Source of the DNA: Felis catus
Lineage: Eukaryota
NCBI RefSeq assembly: GCF_018350175.1
Contig: NC_058368.1
Coordinates: 94,366,001-94,430,000, forward strand
DNA: 64,000 nt
Direction: 5' to 3'
In this document: piece by piece, positions 37,101-50,125 of the stretch
Layout: each line of letters begins with the position of its first letter
How positions within the stretch are numbered: the stretch's first letter is position 1
Made by a program: the position numbers and the translations under genes
The notes under the pieces: generated by a model
What the model was told of the DNA's origin: nothing
The model's input: the letters and a program-made list of their open reading frames with translations, nothing else
Database searches by the model: none

Positions 37101-38500
37101 TGATGGTATGGCTGGTTAGGCAAAGGCCTGGAAAGAGAGAGATTGGAAGATCAGGGGTAAGGAGATGTGGGGAGAGGCATGTGAGTAGACCCAAGGGAAT
37201 GAGTATGAAAATACGAAGATTGTTGAATCATGTGTTCTATGTATTGCAGAAGAGACACTATACTACCAAACAGAATGACTCAGGAAAGTGTCCGTGTGCT
37301 TCTGTAATAGGCCACTGCAGTGTGGATACAGTGGGAGCTTGAACAGAGTAGCGAAAGGTGGTGGTTACACATGGGTCCAACAGTGTGAGCTCCTTCTCAC
37401 CAAGGCTGATTTAGTTCCAGCTTGTGTCGAATGTTCTGTCTGCCAGTAACAGACCAACACTTAGCCCCTGATAACAGCACCTTCCTTTGTGGAAACCAAG
37501 CAGCTACTCGGTGACAAGTAACTTTGGACCCCTTCCATCTTAGAAAAGGGTGTGAGTTATCCTGACTAGAACTGACACATATTCTGGTTCTGAGTTTACC
37601 TTTTCTGGCTGCATCGTCTCTACCAACATCACAATGCAAGGATTTGCAGAACATTTGACGGACCTACATAGGATCCTACATACCATCATAAAGAACCAAA
37701 GAATCCCCTTTACAACAAAGGAGGCACAGCAATAAACACAGAACAATGAGATTGATCTTGTCATTGGCTGCCAAACTCAGAAGCTGCTGGGCTCATAGAG
37801 TGATGGAATATCCTTTTTATTTTTATTTTTTAGTTTTGGAATATCCTCTCTAAAAGGCACACCTGAAGCAACAGGCAGGAGAGGACACCCTGAAAAGATG
37901 GCACCGCATTCTCCAGGGTGTGACATTTACTCTGAACCAACAATCATTATGTGGTGTTGTGTTGTCAGTAGGTATACTACATGGGTCCAGGTACCAAGGG
38001 ATAGAAGTAAGCATAGCACTCCCAGTGACCCACCAGGGGAATCTGTTTCCTGTTCTCGCGACTCTAGGATCTGTGGATACAGAGGCCTTGGTTCCCGCCA
38101 GCGGCACAACAAGAGTTTTAAACGTTATAGCTGCCTTCCATTCATTTCAGGCTCCTCCTATCAAAAGACCAGTTGGCAAAGAAAAGAGCCTCTGTCCACC
38201 ACTCCTCCATGGCTCCTTGACATCTGACCAAAAAAAGTCCTTCACAGCACCAAAAGGAACTTCATCCAGTGAAAATCACAGCTATCCTGTGGAGATAGAT
38301 TTCATTAGGACCCTGCTGCTGGGTTCCCAGCGGCTGACAACACAGCTTACTCGATGCAACTCTGAAATCAGATATTAAAATATGTTGGGGGAGGAGTGTG
38401 GAGAGAGAGAGAGAGAGAGGGAGATCTCAAATTGAAGAGAGGGAAACTGGTTATTGCAGGTGAAGCAGAGGTGAGGGTACCTAGTAGGCTCCCACCCATG
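34179..38500 (+). mobile_element. Decayed ERV-L internal region (ERV3-16A3-like) with gag/pol remnants; SINEs inserted at 35245-35413 and 35992-36178
   Basis: RT remnant KLDRVVGPAVAAAPDTASLL...ATDLVNAFF (35744-35953), QAQWLVGGFRLWRSHIP and LPLGP...DAMQCLW (36361-36702), RNase H DSKVIADGMAG, integrase EAAGLIE*WN (about 37780-37810), HGSRYQGIEV; right end approximate. Confidence 0.88.
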
Positions 38501-40817
38501 CAGTATCACAGAATTGAGATAATATTATTTCTGTGTCCAAATTCCCTTCTTTAGTGGATTGGTCCCTAAGAATTGATAAAGAGTGATGTCAGCATCGTGG
38601 AGGTGTAGGATTCTCCTCCTTCCCCCCCCCCCCTTTTAAAACTACTAATTGGAAATTTATGCATGAACAAGAGGGCCTCCCTGGGAGCTATTGGACCCAG
38701 CACCCTACACCAAGGAACCTGAGAGGACTCTTACCTACCTGTGCTTTCAAAAGTAAACACCGGGTAAAGGCTGTGGACCCAAGGTAGTCCGGACCTCTGC
38801 TTGCCCCAGTAAGGGAAAAAAAAACCTGAAGAGCACTGGCCTATTCAGATACACATGGGCAAGAAAGAATTTGTAGAAATCCAGCCTGCTTGTGGGGAGA
38901 TGCCAACACACCTTTGGAACGAGAAGGATGAGTTTGTACCCAGTGGAAAGAGAGAAGCTCTTGCTAGAGCCCTTCCACCCAGGGCAACACTCCATGGGGC
39001 TAAACTGTCAGGTGTGGGCAACCACTCCTGTGGAGGAGGCAGAGAGCTGTGAGTGAGTGCCTGACTACCCCAATTAATCCAGTTCTGTGGGTCATGGCTC
39101 AAGAAACCCATTTCCCTCCAGCAGCACCCAGGGTAGGACATCCATGACTGGGGGAAGGAGGGGAAAGGGTAGGAAACAGACAAGAATATCAAAGGGCATT
39201 AAAGGAATGAATGTGGTTCCTTCTGACTGCTTCAGGACTTCACCAGGAAGTCGGCCCCCAAGCCTTCGGGAACATCCCACTTGAGAACCCCACCCCCCTC
39301 ACCTTGAGTGCTAGACCTGCACCTCCCCCACCCTGTGGCCCCCACTTTGTGAGTGGTCCCAAGTGCACGGGTGAGAGCAGTCCGGTTATTGGAGAACTCT
39401 CAGAAAAACGGATCTGTGGGCAAAGGAGAAACCACAAACTGCAACTGTAAGAGTCACTTTATGGAAAACGAGAGAGGGTTCGAGCAGCAGCCTCGTGAGT
39501 TACAAGCCTAGGAAAAGACGGAAAAGCTTAAGAACTCTGCCACAAGAAGGAGTGAGGATAGTGGAGCCAGGTCTACCCATTCAAAGGCTGAGGAAACCCC
39601 AGATTTAGTAACTCCAGTGATCACTACCCCCATCTGAAGCAATCAATAAAGATTTAAGAAGATGAATGGGAAGACAGCAATGCAAAAATATAAGGAATGT
39701 GAAAAATAAAGAAAATACGTCACCCCCCAAAAGATATAATTTCCCAATAACCCAGTTGTTATAATTTCCCAACGACTTAACAGAATACTGTGATCTGACT
39801 GGTAAAGAAACAATTCAGGATAGCTGTTTTGAAGATATTCAGTGATATTAGGGGAAAACCGTACATGAACAGCAAAAATGAATTCTTTACCAAAGATACG
39901 GAAATTCTAGAAGAGAACCAAACAAATTCTGAGGCTAGATTAATTCAGTGAATGAGATGAAGAATATAGTAGAGAGCATTTGTAGCAGAATCACACAAAT
40001 GGAAGATAGAATTAGTGACTTAGAGGACAGAAATTTAGAAATAATTCAGAAGTGAACAAAGAAAAAGGAATAAAAAAGAGCAAAGCCTGAGTGACCTATG
40101 GGACTCAGTCACAAGGGCAATCATTAGAATAATTGGGATTCCAGAAGGCGAAGAGAGGGAGAAGGAGCCAAAGAGTTTATTTAAAGAAATAATAGCTGAA
40201 AACTTCCTAAACCTGAGGAAACACTTGGGCATCCAAGTTCATGAGAAAATAGATCACCAATTTACATAACAATCAACAACTAATTAGACATCCATCCGTG
40301 AACAAAAGGTAGACATAAACAGAAGGAAAAATAAACAATGGGATGTACAAAACAACCAGAAAGCAATAGATAAGATGACCATAGTAAGTCCTTACAAATC
40401 AATAATTACTCTAAATGGATTGAATTCACACAATCACATCCAGGCACAGAATGAATGGATGGATAAAAAAAACAGGACCCAACAATGTGATGCCTATAAG
40501 AGAGAGAGAGATTCACTTCAGCTCTAAGGACACAGGCTCAAAGTGAAGGGATGGAAAAAGATATCCCATGCATGTAGAAACCAAAAGAAAGCAGGATAGC
40601 TAAACTAATGTCAGAAAAAATAGACTTTAAACCAAACATGGAAACAGGAAACAGAGGTCATTCATTATATAATGATAAAGGTGTCAACACACCAAGAAGA
40701 TAGAGCAGTCGTAAATATGTACTCATCCAACACTGGTGCACCTAACTACTTTAAGCAATTACTAATAGATCTGAAGGGAGAAAGAGACAACAATATAATA
40801 ATAGTAGGGGACTTCAT

Positions 40818-41947
40818 GGGGCACCTGGGTGGCTCAGTCGCTTGAGCATCCAACTTTGACTCAGATCATGATGTCATGTGTCGGGCTTGTGCTGACAGCT
40901 CAGAGCCTGGAGCCTGCTTCAGATTCTGTGACTCCCTCTCTCTCTGCCCCTCCCCTGCTCGTGCTCCATCTCTCTCTCTCTCAAAACTAAATAAACATTA
41001 AAAAAAATAATAGTAGGGGACTTCAATACCCCACTTTCAGCAAAGGATAGATCATTCAGATAGAAAATCAACAAGGAAACATTGGAATTGGATCATACTT
41101 TAGACCAAATGGACTTAACAGACCTATGTAGAACATGCTATCCAATAACAGCAGAATACACATTCTTCTCACGTGAACGTGGAACATTCTCCAGGATAGA
41201 TCATATAAGATAAAAGACAAATCTTAGCAAATTTAAGGAGATTGAAATAATGCTAGCTATCTCTTCCAACCACAATGGTGTGAAACTAGATACCAGTAAA
41301 TAACAAGAAGAAAGCTGGAAAATCTACAAATATGTGTAAGTAACACACTTCTGAACAACCAGTGGGTCAAAGGAGAAATCAAAAAGGAAATAAATAAATA
41401 TCTTGAAATAAATGAAAATGGAGGGGCGCCTGGGTGGCTCAGTTGGTTAAGCGACCGACTTTGGCTTGGGTCATGATCTTGCAATTGATCCCTGCGCCGG
41501 GCTCTGTGCTGACAGCTCAGAGCCTGGAGCTTACTTTGGATTCTGTGTTTCCCCATCTCTCTACCCCTCCCCTGCTCATGTTCTGTGTCTCTCTGTCTCT
41601 CAATAATAAATAAACGTTAAAAACAAATTAAAGAAAAACAAAGAAATAAATGAAAATGGAAACACAACAGACTAAAATTTATGGGATGCTGCGAAAGTTC
41701 TGAGAGGGAAGTTCACAGCAATAAATGCATCCATTAAAAATGTTAGAAAGAGTTTTGGGGCATCTAGGTGGTTCGGTCAGTTAAGCATCCAACTCTTGGT
41801 TTCAGCTCGGGTCACGATCTCAGGATTTGTGAGTTTGAGCCCTGCATCAGGTTCCATGCTGTCTCAGACCCTGCTTGGGATTCTCTCTTTCTCCCTCTCT
41901 CTTTCTACCCCTCCCCCCCAAAAATAAACAAATAAACTTTAAAAAAA
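40818..41947 (+). mobile_element. Three CanSINEs inserted in host L1 ORF2 (40818-41007, 41423-41642, 41757-41947)
   Basis: TSDs ataatagtaggggacttca and gaaataaatgaaaatgga. Confidence 0.9.
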
Positions 41948-43435
41948 TTAGAAAGATATCAAACAACCTAATTTACATCTGAAGGAATTAGAAAAAGAGA
42001 AGCCCAAAATTAGTAGAAAGAAGGAAATAATAAAGACTGGTGAATAAGTGAAAGATAAGAAAAACAATTAAAAAACCCAACAAAACTGGGTTGGCTTTTC
42101 AAAAAGACAAAACGGACAAACCTTTAGTTAGACTAACCAAGGAAAAATAGAACATTCAAATCAGAAACGAGGAGACATTATAACTGCAGAAATACATAGG
42201 ATCATGAGACTACTATGAACAATTATATGCCAACAAATTAGACAACCTAGATAAGTTCCTAGAAACATGGAACACTGAATTGGGACAAAATAGAAAATAT
42301 GAATAGACCAATAGTAAGTAAAGAGATTGAATCAATAATCAAAAACTTTCCAACACAGAGGGCTGGACGGCTTTACTGGTGAATAACACCAAACATTTAA
42401 AGAATTAATGGCAATCTTTTGCAAAATCTTCCAAAAAACTGAAGAGGAGGGAACTAAACCTGTTAGGCAAGCCCAATATTACCCTGATACCAAAGTCAGA
42501 TAAGGACACTACAAAGGAAAGAAAACTGTAGATCAGTATCCCCGATAAATATAGACACAAAAATTCTCAGAAAATATTAGCAAACTGAATGCAAGAACAT
42601 TATGCATCATGATCAAGTGATATGTGTCCCTAGGATGTGAGGAGGGTTCAACATATGCAAATCAATAAATGTTTTACACCACATTAATAGAATGAAAGAT
42701 AAAATCATGTCATCTCACAATAGACACAGAAGAAACATTTGACAAATTACAATATTCTTTCATGATAAATATCCTCAATAGATGGGGTATAGAAGTAACA
42801 TACATAAAGGCCATGTATGACAGACTCACAACTAACATTATACTCAATGGAGGAAAATTGAAAGCTGTTTCCTCTAAGATCAAAAACTAGACAAGTATGC
42901 CCATTGTCATCATTCTTACTCAACATAGTACCGCAAGTCCTTGCCAGAGTAATTAGACAAGACAAAAATTTAAATAAAAGGCATCCAATTGGGAAAGGAA
43001 GAAGTAAAATTGATATTATTTGCAGATGATATGATTTTACATAGGGAAATCCCAAAGACTCAACCAAAAACTACTGGCACTAATCAGCAAATTTAGTAAG
43101 ATTGAAGGATATAAAATCAACATACAGAAATCAGTTGCATCTCTACACACTAACAATTGAAATGCTTAAAAAAGCAACAAAGAAAAATATCCTAGTCACA
43201 GTAACCTCAAAACCAACAAAATAAGAATAAATTTAACTATACATCTATACAATGTATAGTTGTATTTAACTATTTATTTATTTATTTAACTATAAATTTA
43301 ACTATTCATCTATACAATGAAAACTGTAGGACTTCGCTGAAAGAAATCAAAGAAGGCACAAACAAATGGAAAGTCATTGTGTGTTCATCGATGGGAAGAA
43401 TTAATATAGTTATAATGTCCAAACTACCCAAAGCC

Positions 43436-44670
43436 CCATTACCCATACTACCTTATTGTTTATTTTTACCTTTGCTAGAGTATTGTGCACTTTCATTTAC
43501 TTCTATGTAAGTAATTAGCATCTTTTCATTTCAACTTGAGGAACTTCTTTGAGCATTTCTTGCAAGGCAGGTCTAGTGGTGGTGAACTCCGAAAGTTTTG
43601 TCTGAGAAAACCTTTGTTTCTCCTTCATATTTGAAGGATAACGTGGCCATAAAAGTATTGTGGGCTGGCAGCTTTTATTTTTTAGCACGTAAAAATGTCA
43701 TTCTATTCTCTTCCGGCTTGTAGCGTTTCTGCTGAGAAATCTGATACTCTAATGGGGGTTTCTTTGTCAGTTGTGTTCTTTTTTCCCCTGGCTGCCTTTA
43801 TGATTCTTTATCATTGATTTTTGACAGTTTCATTGTAATGTGTCTTGGAGAAGATTTTTTGCACTGAGATAAGTTTGTTCTATAGGGTTCTTGGACTTGT
43901 ATTTCCAGTTCCTTCCCCAGGGTTGGGAAATTATCAGCTAGTATTTCTCTAAATATACTCTCTGCTCCCTTTACCCTCTCTTCTCTTTCAGCTAGACCAG
44001 TTATTGTTATATATGTACTTCTTATCTTATCCAATAGCTCTCATAGGATGCCTTCACTTTTTTAAAATCTTAGTTCTCTCTCTTCTTCTAACTGGATTAT
44101 TTCTAAATATTTATCCTCCAGATCATTAATTCTTTCTTCAGTCTAATCTGTACTATTTCCTAGGCTCTAATGCATTCTTCATTGGATTCACTGAATTCTT
44201 TAGCTCCAGAATTTCTGTCTGGTTCTTTTTAAAATTTTCCATTTCTTTGGTGCGGAATTCCTCTGAAGAACTCCTTAATTTTATTCCTGAGTTTCTTGAA
44301 CTGCCTTTCTGAGTTTTCTTGTAATCTGTTGAATCTCTTCATAACAGCTATTTTGAATTCTTTATCACTTAGATCACTGTTCTGTGTCTTTGGGTTTGAT
44401 TGCCGGAGAATTATCACTTTCTTTTTGTGATACCATATTACCATGATGTTTCATAGTGTTTGATGAAACTTGCCTCTGTTGTTGCATCTGAAGTAGCACA
44501 CACTTGTCTTGTTCTTTTTGACAATTCTACAGACTAGCAGTTAGAAACTTAGTTTTCCACAAGGTGGCAGTATATCTCAAATTTTTGGTTTCTCTTCCCC
44601 TGAACTGGCTCTGGGGCAGCACTGGGGAGGGCACACTTTAAAAAGCTGGTATAAAGAAAGGTGGTTGGGG

Positions 44671-44706
<36 letters not shown>

Positions 44707-45496
44707 AAGGGTGTGAACTTAGCACCTGGGGATTTGTGGGTGCCCACTGCCTGAAAGGGGGATCCTTGAGTGGGGGTAATCCCAGAGTTTTATGGGCAGA
44801 CCTTCCACTGAGATCTTAAAGCAGACAGCATGAAACTCCTACCTTCAAAGCCTTGGTTATTCTAGTCTGCCTCTTTCCTTTTCTCTCCTTCTCTCCACCC
44901 CCCACTCGCCACCCCCTAGTAATGGAGGTCCCTCCTCAGAAACCATACTCCTGGAAGAAAACAGGTCCCTCTGTCTGAGACCTGCTCAGCCGGGTGGTCG
45001 GTTAGTCACACATCTTTTGCTTTCTACTTCTTCTGTGTGGGAGGTCACTGTCGTTGCTGCTGGCAAAACCCCAGGGCACTGCAGCGCCACCCTGGGGAAT
45101 GGGACTGACTCCTTAATATCCTCCTTCCCCTCTGTCTCCATACTCATCTCTGTCCTGCTCCGATGGCGTGCCTGCTTCTCCATCAGGCTGCTAGAACTCC
45201 ACGAATTTTCTACATCCCTTCCATGTCTGCTCTGTTTTGTATTCTCCACTTTTGCTTCCACCACTCACCCTTACTGTGTCAAGTGAGGGTGCGGAGACTC
45301 AGTGACTCCCTTGAATCCACAGCCCCCTTCAGAGTTCAGGCCTACTACTTTCTGAATCACAGTTGGTAGAAATCTCCTGTGTACTCTGGTGTAATGTCCA
45401 GAGGTACTTCTGTTTCATTATGAATGACAAATTAGTTGCAAATAAAAGGAAAAAGGAAAAAGGTATAACTTATGCTGCCATGATGCTGACATCATC
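43436..45496 (-). mobile_element. Antisense L1 containing only 5' UTR + ORF1, inserted in host L1 ORF2
   Basis: ORF1 peptides at 43798-44034 and 44229-44444; 12-bp direct repeat ctacccaaagcc at 43424-43435 and 45497-45508. Confidence 0.85.
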
Positions 45497-45929
45497 CTAC
45501 CCAAAGCCATCTATAGGGTCAACGCAATCCCTACCAAAATTCCAATGGCATTTTTCACAGAAATAGAAAAAAAACTTAAAATTTGTACAGAACCACAAAA
45601 GACCCCAGCTGTCCAAAGCAATCATGAAAAAGAAAACAAAGCCAGAGGCACCACACTTTTAGGTTTCAAACTATACTACAAAGCTATAGTCATTAAAACA
45701 GTATGGTTCTCGCATAAAAATAGACACATAGACCAGTGGAACAGAATAGAAAGCTCAGAATTAACCCCCTGCATATATCCTCAACTAATAATTGACTAGG
45801 AACCAAGAATGCCTAATGGGGAAAGAATTGTCTTTTCAACAAATGGTCTGGGAAAACTGGGTAGACACATGCAGAAAAATGAAATTGAACCCCTATCTTA
45901 CACCACTCACAAAAATCAACTTGAAGTGA

Positions 45930-46554
45930 CTCTGGAAAACAATAAGGAATTTCCCTAAAAAGTTAAAACTAGAACTACCTATGATCCAGCAACTGCACTA
46001 CTAGGTATTTACCCAAAGAATACAAAAATACTATTTCAAAGAGATACATGCACCATGATGTTTACAGCAGCATTATTTACAATAGCCAATTATATGGAGA
46101 CAGCCCAAGTGTCCATCAACTGATGAATGGATAAAGCAGATGTGGTATACATGTATACAATGGGATATTACTCAGCCATAAGAAACGAATGAAATCTTGT
46201 CATTTTCAAAACATGGATGGAGCTAGGGAATGATATGCTAAGCTAAATAAGTCAGTCAGAGTAAGACTAATACCATATGATTTCATTCATATGAGGAATT
46301 TAAGAAATAAAACAAATGAGAAAAGGGGAAGAAGAGGCAGAGGCAGACCAAGAAAAAGACTCTTAACTATAGAGAACAAATTGATGGTTACCCATGGAGA
46401 GGTGGATAGGGAGATAGGTTAAATAGGTGATAGGGATTAAGGAGGGCACTGGTGATGAGCACAGGGTGATGTATGGAAGTGTTGAGTCATTATTTTGTAC
46501 ACCTGAAACTATGCTGTATGTTAACTAACTGGAATTTAAATAAAAACTTAAAAA
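45930..46554 (+). mobile_element. 5'-truncated carnivore L1 nested in the host L1
   Basis: ORF2 end + 3' UTR + AATAAA/poly(A); degenerate 19-bp TSD at 45911-45929 and 46555-46573 (16/19). Confidence 0.85.
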
Positions 46555-47590
46555 AAAAATTAACCTGAAGTAATCAAAGACTTAAAGATATGACCTGATA
46601 CCATAAAACTCCTAGAAAAAAAAAAACACAGGAACAAAGCTCCTTGACATTGCTCTTGGCAATTATTTTTTGGATTGATACCAAGAGCGCAAACAACCAA
46701 AAGTAAAAATCAACAAGTAGGACTAATGCTTCTCCACAGCAAAAGAAACAATGAACAAAATGAAAAAGGCAACCTACAGAGTGAGAGAAAATATTTGCAA
46801 ACCATATATGAGACAAGGGGTTAATATCCAATATATATATAAAGAATTCACAACTCAATAACAAAAAAAAAACTGATTTAAAAATGGACATTGGAACTAA
46901 ATAGATATTTTTCTAAAGAAGACATCCAGATGGCCAACAGGTACATGAAAAGAGGCTCAACATTACTAATCATCAAATGCAAATCAAATGCAAATCAAAG
47001 CCACAATGAGATATCACATTACACCTGTTAAAATGGCTGTCATCAAGAAGACAGAAGATAACAAGAACTGCCGAGGATGTGGAGAAAAGGGAACTTTGTG
47101 CACTGTTGGTAGGAACACACATTTTTTTACACCACCACAGAAAACAATAGGGTGGTTCCTCAAAAAAAATAAGAACAAACCTATCATATGATCCAATAAT
47201 TCCACATCTGGATATATACCTTAATAAAATAAAAACACAATATTTAAGAAACATAAGCAGTATTATGTTTATTGCAGTCTTCTGCACAACAGTCAACAGT
47301 CAAGATATAGAAACAATTTAAATGCCCTTAAAGGAAGAATGGATAAGAAGATATATATAGATATATGTCATGAAATATTTGTGACAACATGAATGGACCT
47401 TGAGAGCATCATGCTAAGTGTGATAAGTCAGACAGGGAAAGAATTCTGTATGATATCACTTATATATGGAATCTAAAAAAAGCTGAACTCATGAAAACAG
47501 AGTAGAATGGTGGTTACAAGGGGCTGGTGGATAAGGGAATGGGAGAGATGTTTAATGGTACAAACTTGAAACTAGTATAAAATAAGTTCT

Positions 47591-49790
47591 GTACAAAATT
47601 AATACCCAGATATAAGTGGTGTTTTTTTTTAATTTTTTAAACATTTATTTATTTCTGAGAGCCAGAGAGAGACTGAGTACAAGCCGGGCAGGGGCAGAGA
47701 GAGAGGGAGACACAGAATCCGAAGCAGGCTCCAGGCTCTGATCTGTCAGCACAGAGCCCGACACAGGACTCAAGCCCACAAACCGTGAAATCATAAACTG
47801 AGCTGAAGTCAGATGCTTAACTGACTGAGCCACCCAGGTGCCCCTAAATCAGTGGTGTTTCTATACACTAATAATGAAGTAGCAGAAAGAGAAATTAAGA
47901 AAACAATTCCATTTACAATTGCCCCAAAAATAACAAAATACCTAAGAATATACTTAACCAAAGAAGTGAAAGACTTGTACTCTGAAAACTATAAAACACT
48001 GATGAAAGAAATTGAAGACAACACAAACAAATGGAAAGATAGTCCATGATCATGGATTGGAGGAATTCATATCGTTAAAATGTCCATAGTACCTAAAGCA
48101 ACCTATAAATTCAGCAATATCCCTATGAAAATGCCAATAGCATTCTTAACAGAATTAGAGCAAACAATACTAAAATTTGTACAAACTACAAAGACCCAAA
48201 ATAGCCAAAGCAATCCTGAGAAAGAAGAACAATGCTGTGTATCACAATTCCAGACTTCAAGCTGTATTACAAAGCTGTAATCATGAAGACAGTACGGTAC
48301 TGGCACAAAAATAGACACATAAATCAATGGAACAGAATACAGCCCAGAAATAAACGCATGCTTATATGGTCAATTAATCTATGGCAAAGGAGTCAAGAAT
48401 ATACAATGGGGAAAATACAGTATTTTCAAAAAATGGTGCTGGAAAAAACTGGACAGCTACCTGCAAAAGAATAAAACTGGACCACTTTCTAACACCATAC
48501 ACAAAAATAAACTCAAAATAGATTGAAGATTTAAATGTGAGATCTGAAACCATAAAAATTGTAGAGGAGAACACAGGCAGTAATTTCTTTGACATTGGCA
48601 ACATTTGTCCAGAAATGTCTCCTCAGGCAAGGAAGCAAAAACAAAAATAAACCATTAGGACTACATCAGAATTAAAAGTTTTGCACAGTGAAGGAAACCA
48701 TCAACAAAACTAAAAAGCAACCTGCTGAATGAGAGAAGATATTTGCTAATAATCTGTCCAATAAGGGATTGATGCCCAGAATATATAAAGAACTTCTACA
48801 ACTCAACACAAAGAAAACCAAATAGTCCACTTAAAAAATGGGCAGAAGACCTGAATAGACATTTTTCCAAAGAAGACATACAGATGGCCAATGTACACAT
48901 GAAAAGATGCTCAACATTACTCATCATCAGGGGTAGATGCAAAGTAAAACCGCAATGAAGTATTACCTCACACTTGTCAGAATGGCTGAAATAAAAAAGA
49001 TAATCATAAGTGTTGCAAAGATGTGGAGAAAAAGGAATCTGTTGGTGGGAATGTAAACTGGCACAGCCACTGTGGAAAGCAATATAAAGTTCCTCAAAAA
49101 ATTAAAAATAGTAATACCATAAGATCCAACAATTCTACTACTGGATATTTACCCAAAGAAATGAAACACTAATTTGTAAAGATATACGCACCCCTGTTTA
49201 TTATAGCATTATTTACAGTAGCTAAGATATGGAACCAACCCAAGTGTCCATCAATAGATAAGTAAATGGAGAAGTTGTAGTTTAAATATACAATGGAATA
49301 CTACACAGCCATAAAAAGAATGATATTTTTGCCACTTGGGACAAGATGGATGGACTTAGAGTGTGTTATGCTAAGTAAATAAGTCAGAATAGGAAAGACA
49401 AATACCATATGATTCCACTCATGTGAACTCTAGAAAGCAAAACAAATGAATAAACAAAAAGCAGAATCAAGTCTATAAATACAGAGATCAAGCTGATGGT
49501 TGCCAGAGGGGAGGTCAGTGGTGGCGGGGGGGGGGGTTGGAGGATGGACAAAATGGGTGGAGAAGAGTGGGAGATACAGGTTTCCATTTATGGAATGAAT
49601 AAGTCATGGGAATAAAAGGAACAGCATGGGAATGATGGTCGATGATACTGTAATAGCATTGTATGGTGACAAATGGGGGCTACACTTGGGGTGAACACAG
49701 CATATACAGAGAAGTTGAATCACTGTTGTGTACCTGAAACTAATGTAACACTGTATCAAATATGCTTAAATAAAAATTTTTTTAAAAAAG
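47591..49790 (+). mobile_element. 2.2-kb 5'-truncated L1 nested in the host 3' UTR, with an antisense SINE at about 47622-47845
   Basis: ORF2 peptides ([53 protein letters not shown]) and its own 3' UTR. Confidence 0.88.
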
Positions 49791-49907
49791 GACACTTGGG
49801 TGGTGGAGAAAAAAGAAAAAGAATCCTGGAAATCTATGTATAGTAGATATATATATATATACAGATATATATACAGATAACAAGATTGTTTTACAAAAAT
49901 CAAACTT

Positions 49908-50125
49908 GGGGCACCTGCGTGGCTTGGTTGGTTAAGTGTCCAACTTTGGCTCAGGTCATGATCTTGCGGTTTGTGAGTTCAAGCCCCACGTCAGGCTCTG
50001 TGCTGACAGCTCGGAGCCTGGAGCCTGCTTCAGATTCTGTGTCTCCTTCTCTCTCTGCCCCTTACTGTCTTGCTCTCTCTCTCTCTCTCAAAAATAAGTA
50101 AACATTTTAAAAAATCAGAAAAAAA
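49908..50125 (+). mobile_element. CanSINE in the host L1 3' UTR
   Basis: TSD aaaaatcaaactt. Confidence 0.9.

Noticed and set aside
37920..38378. 152-aa ORF
   Set aside because: ERV-L integrase-end remnant drifting into unrecognisable sequence; the surrounding pol is broken, so not a domesticated gene
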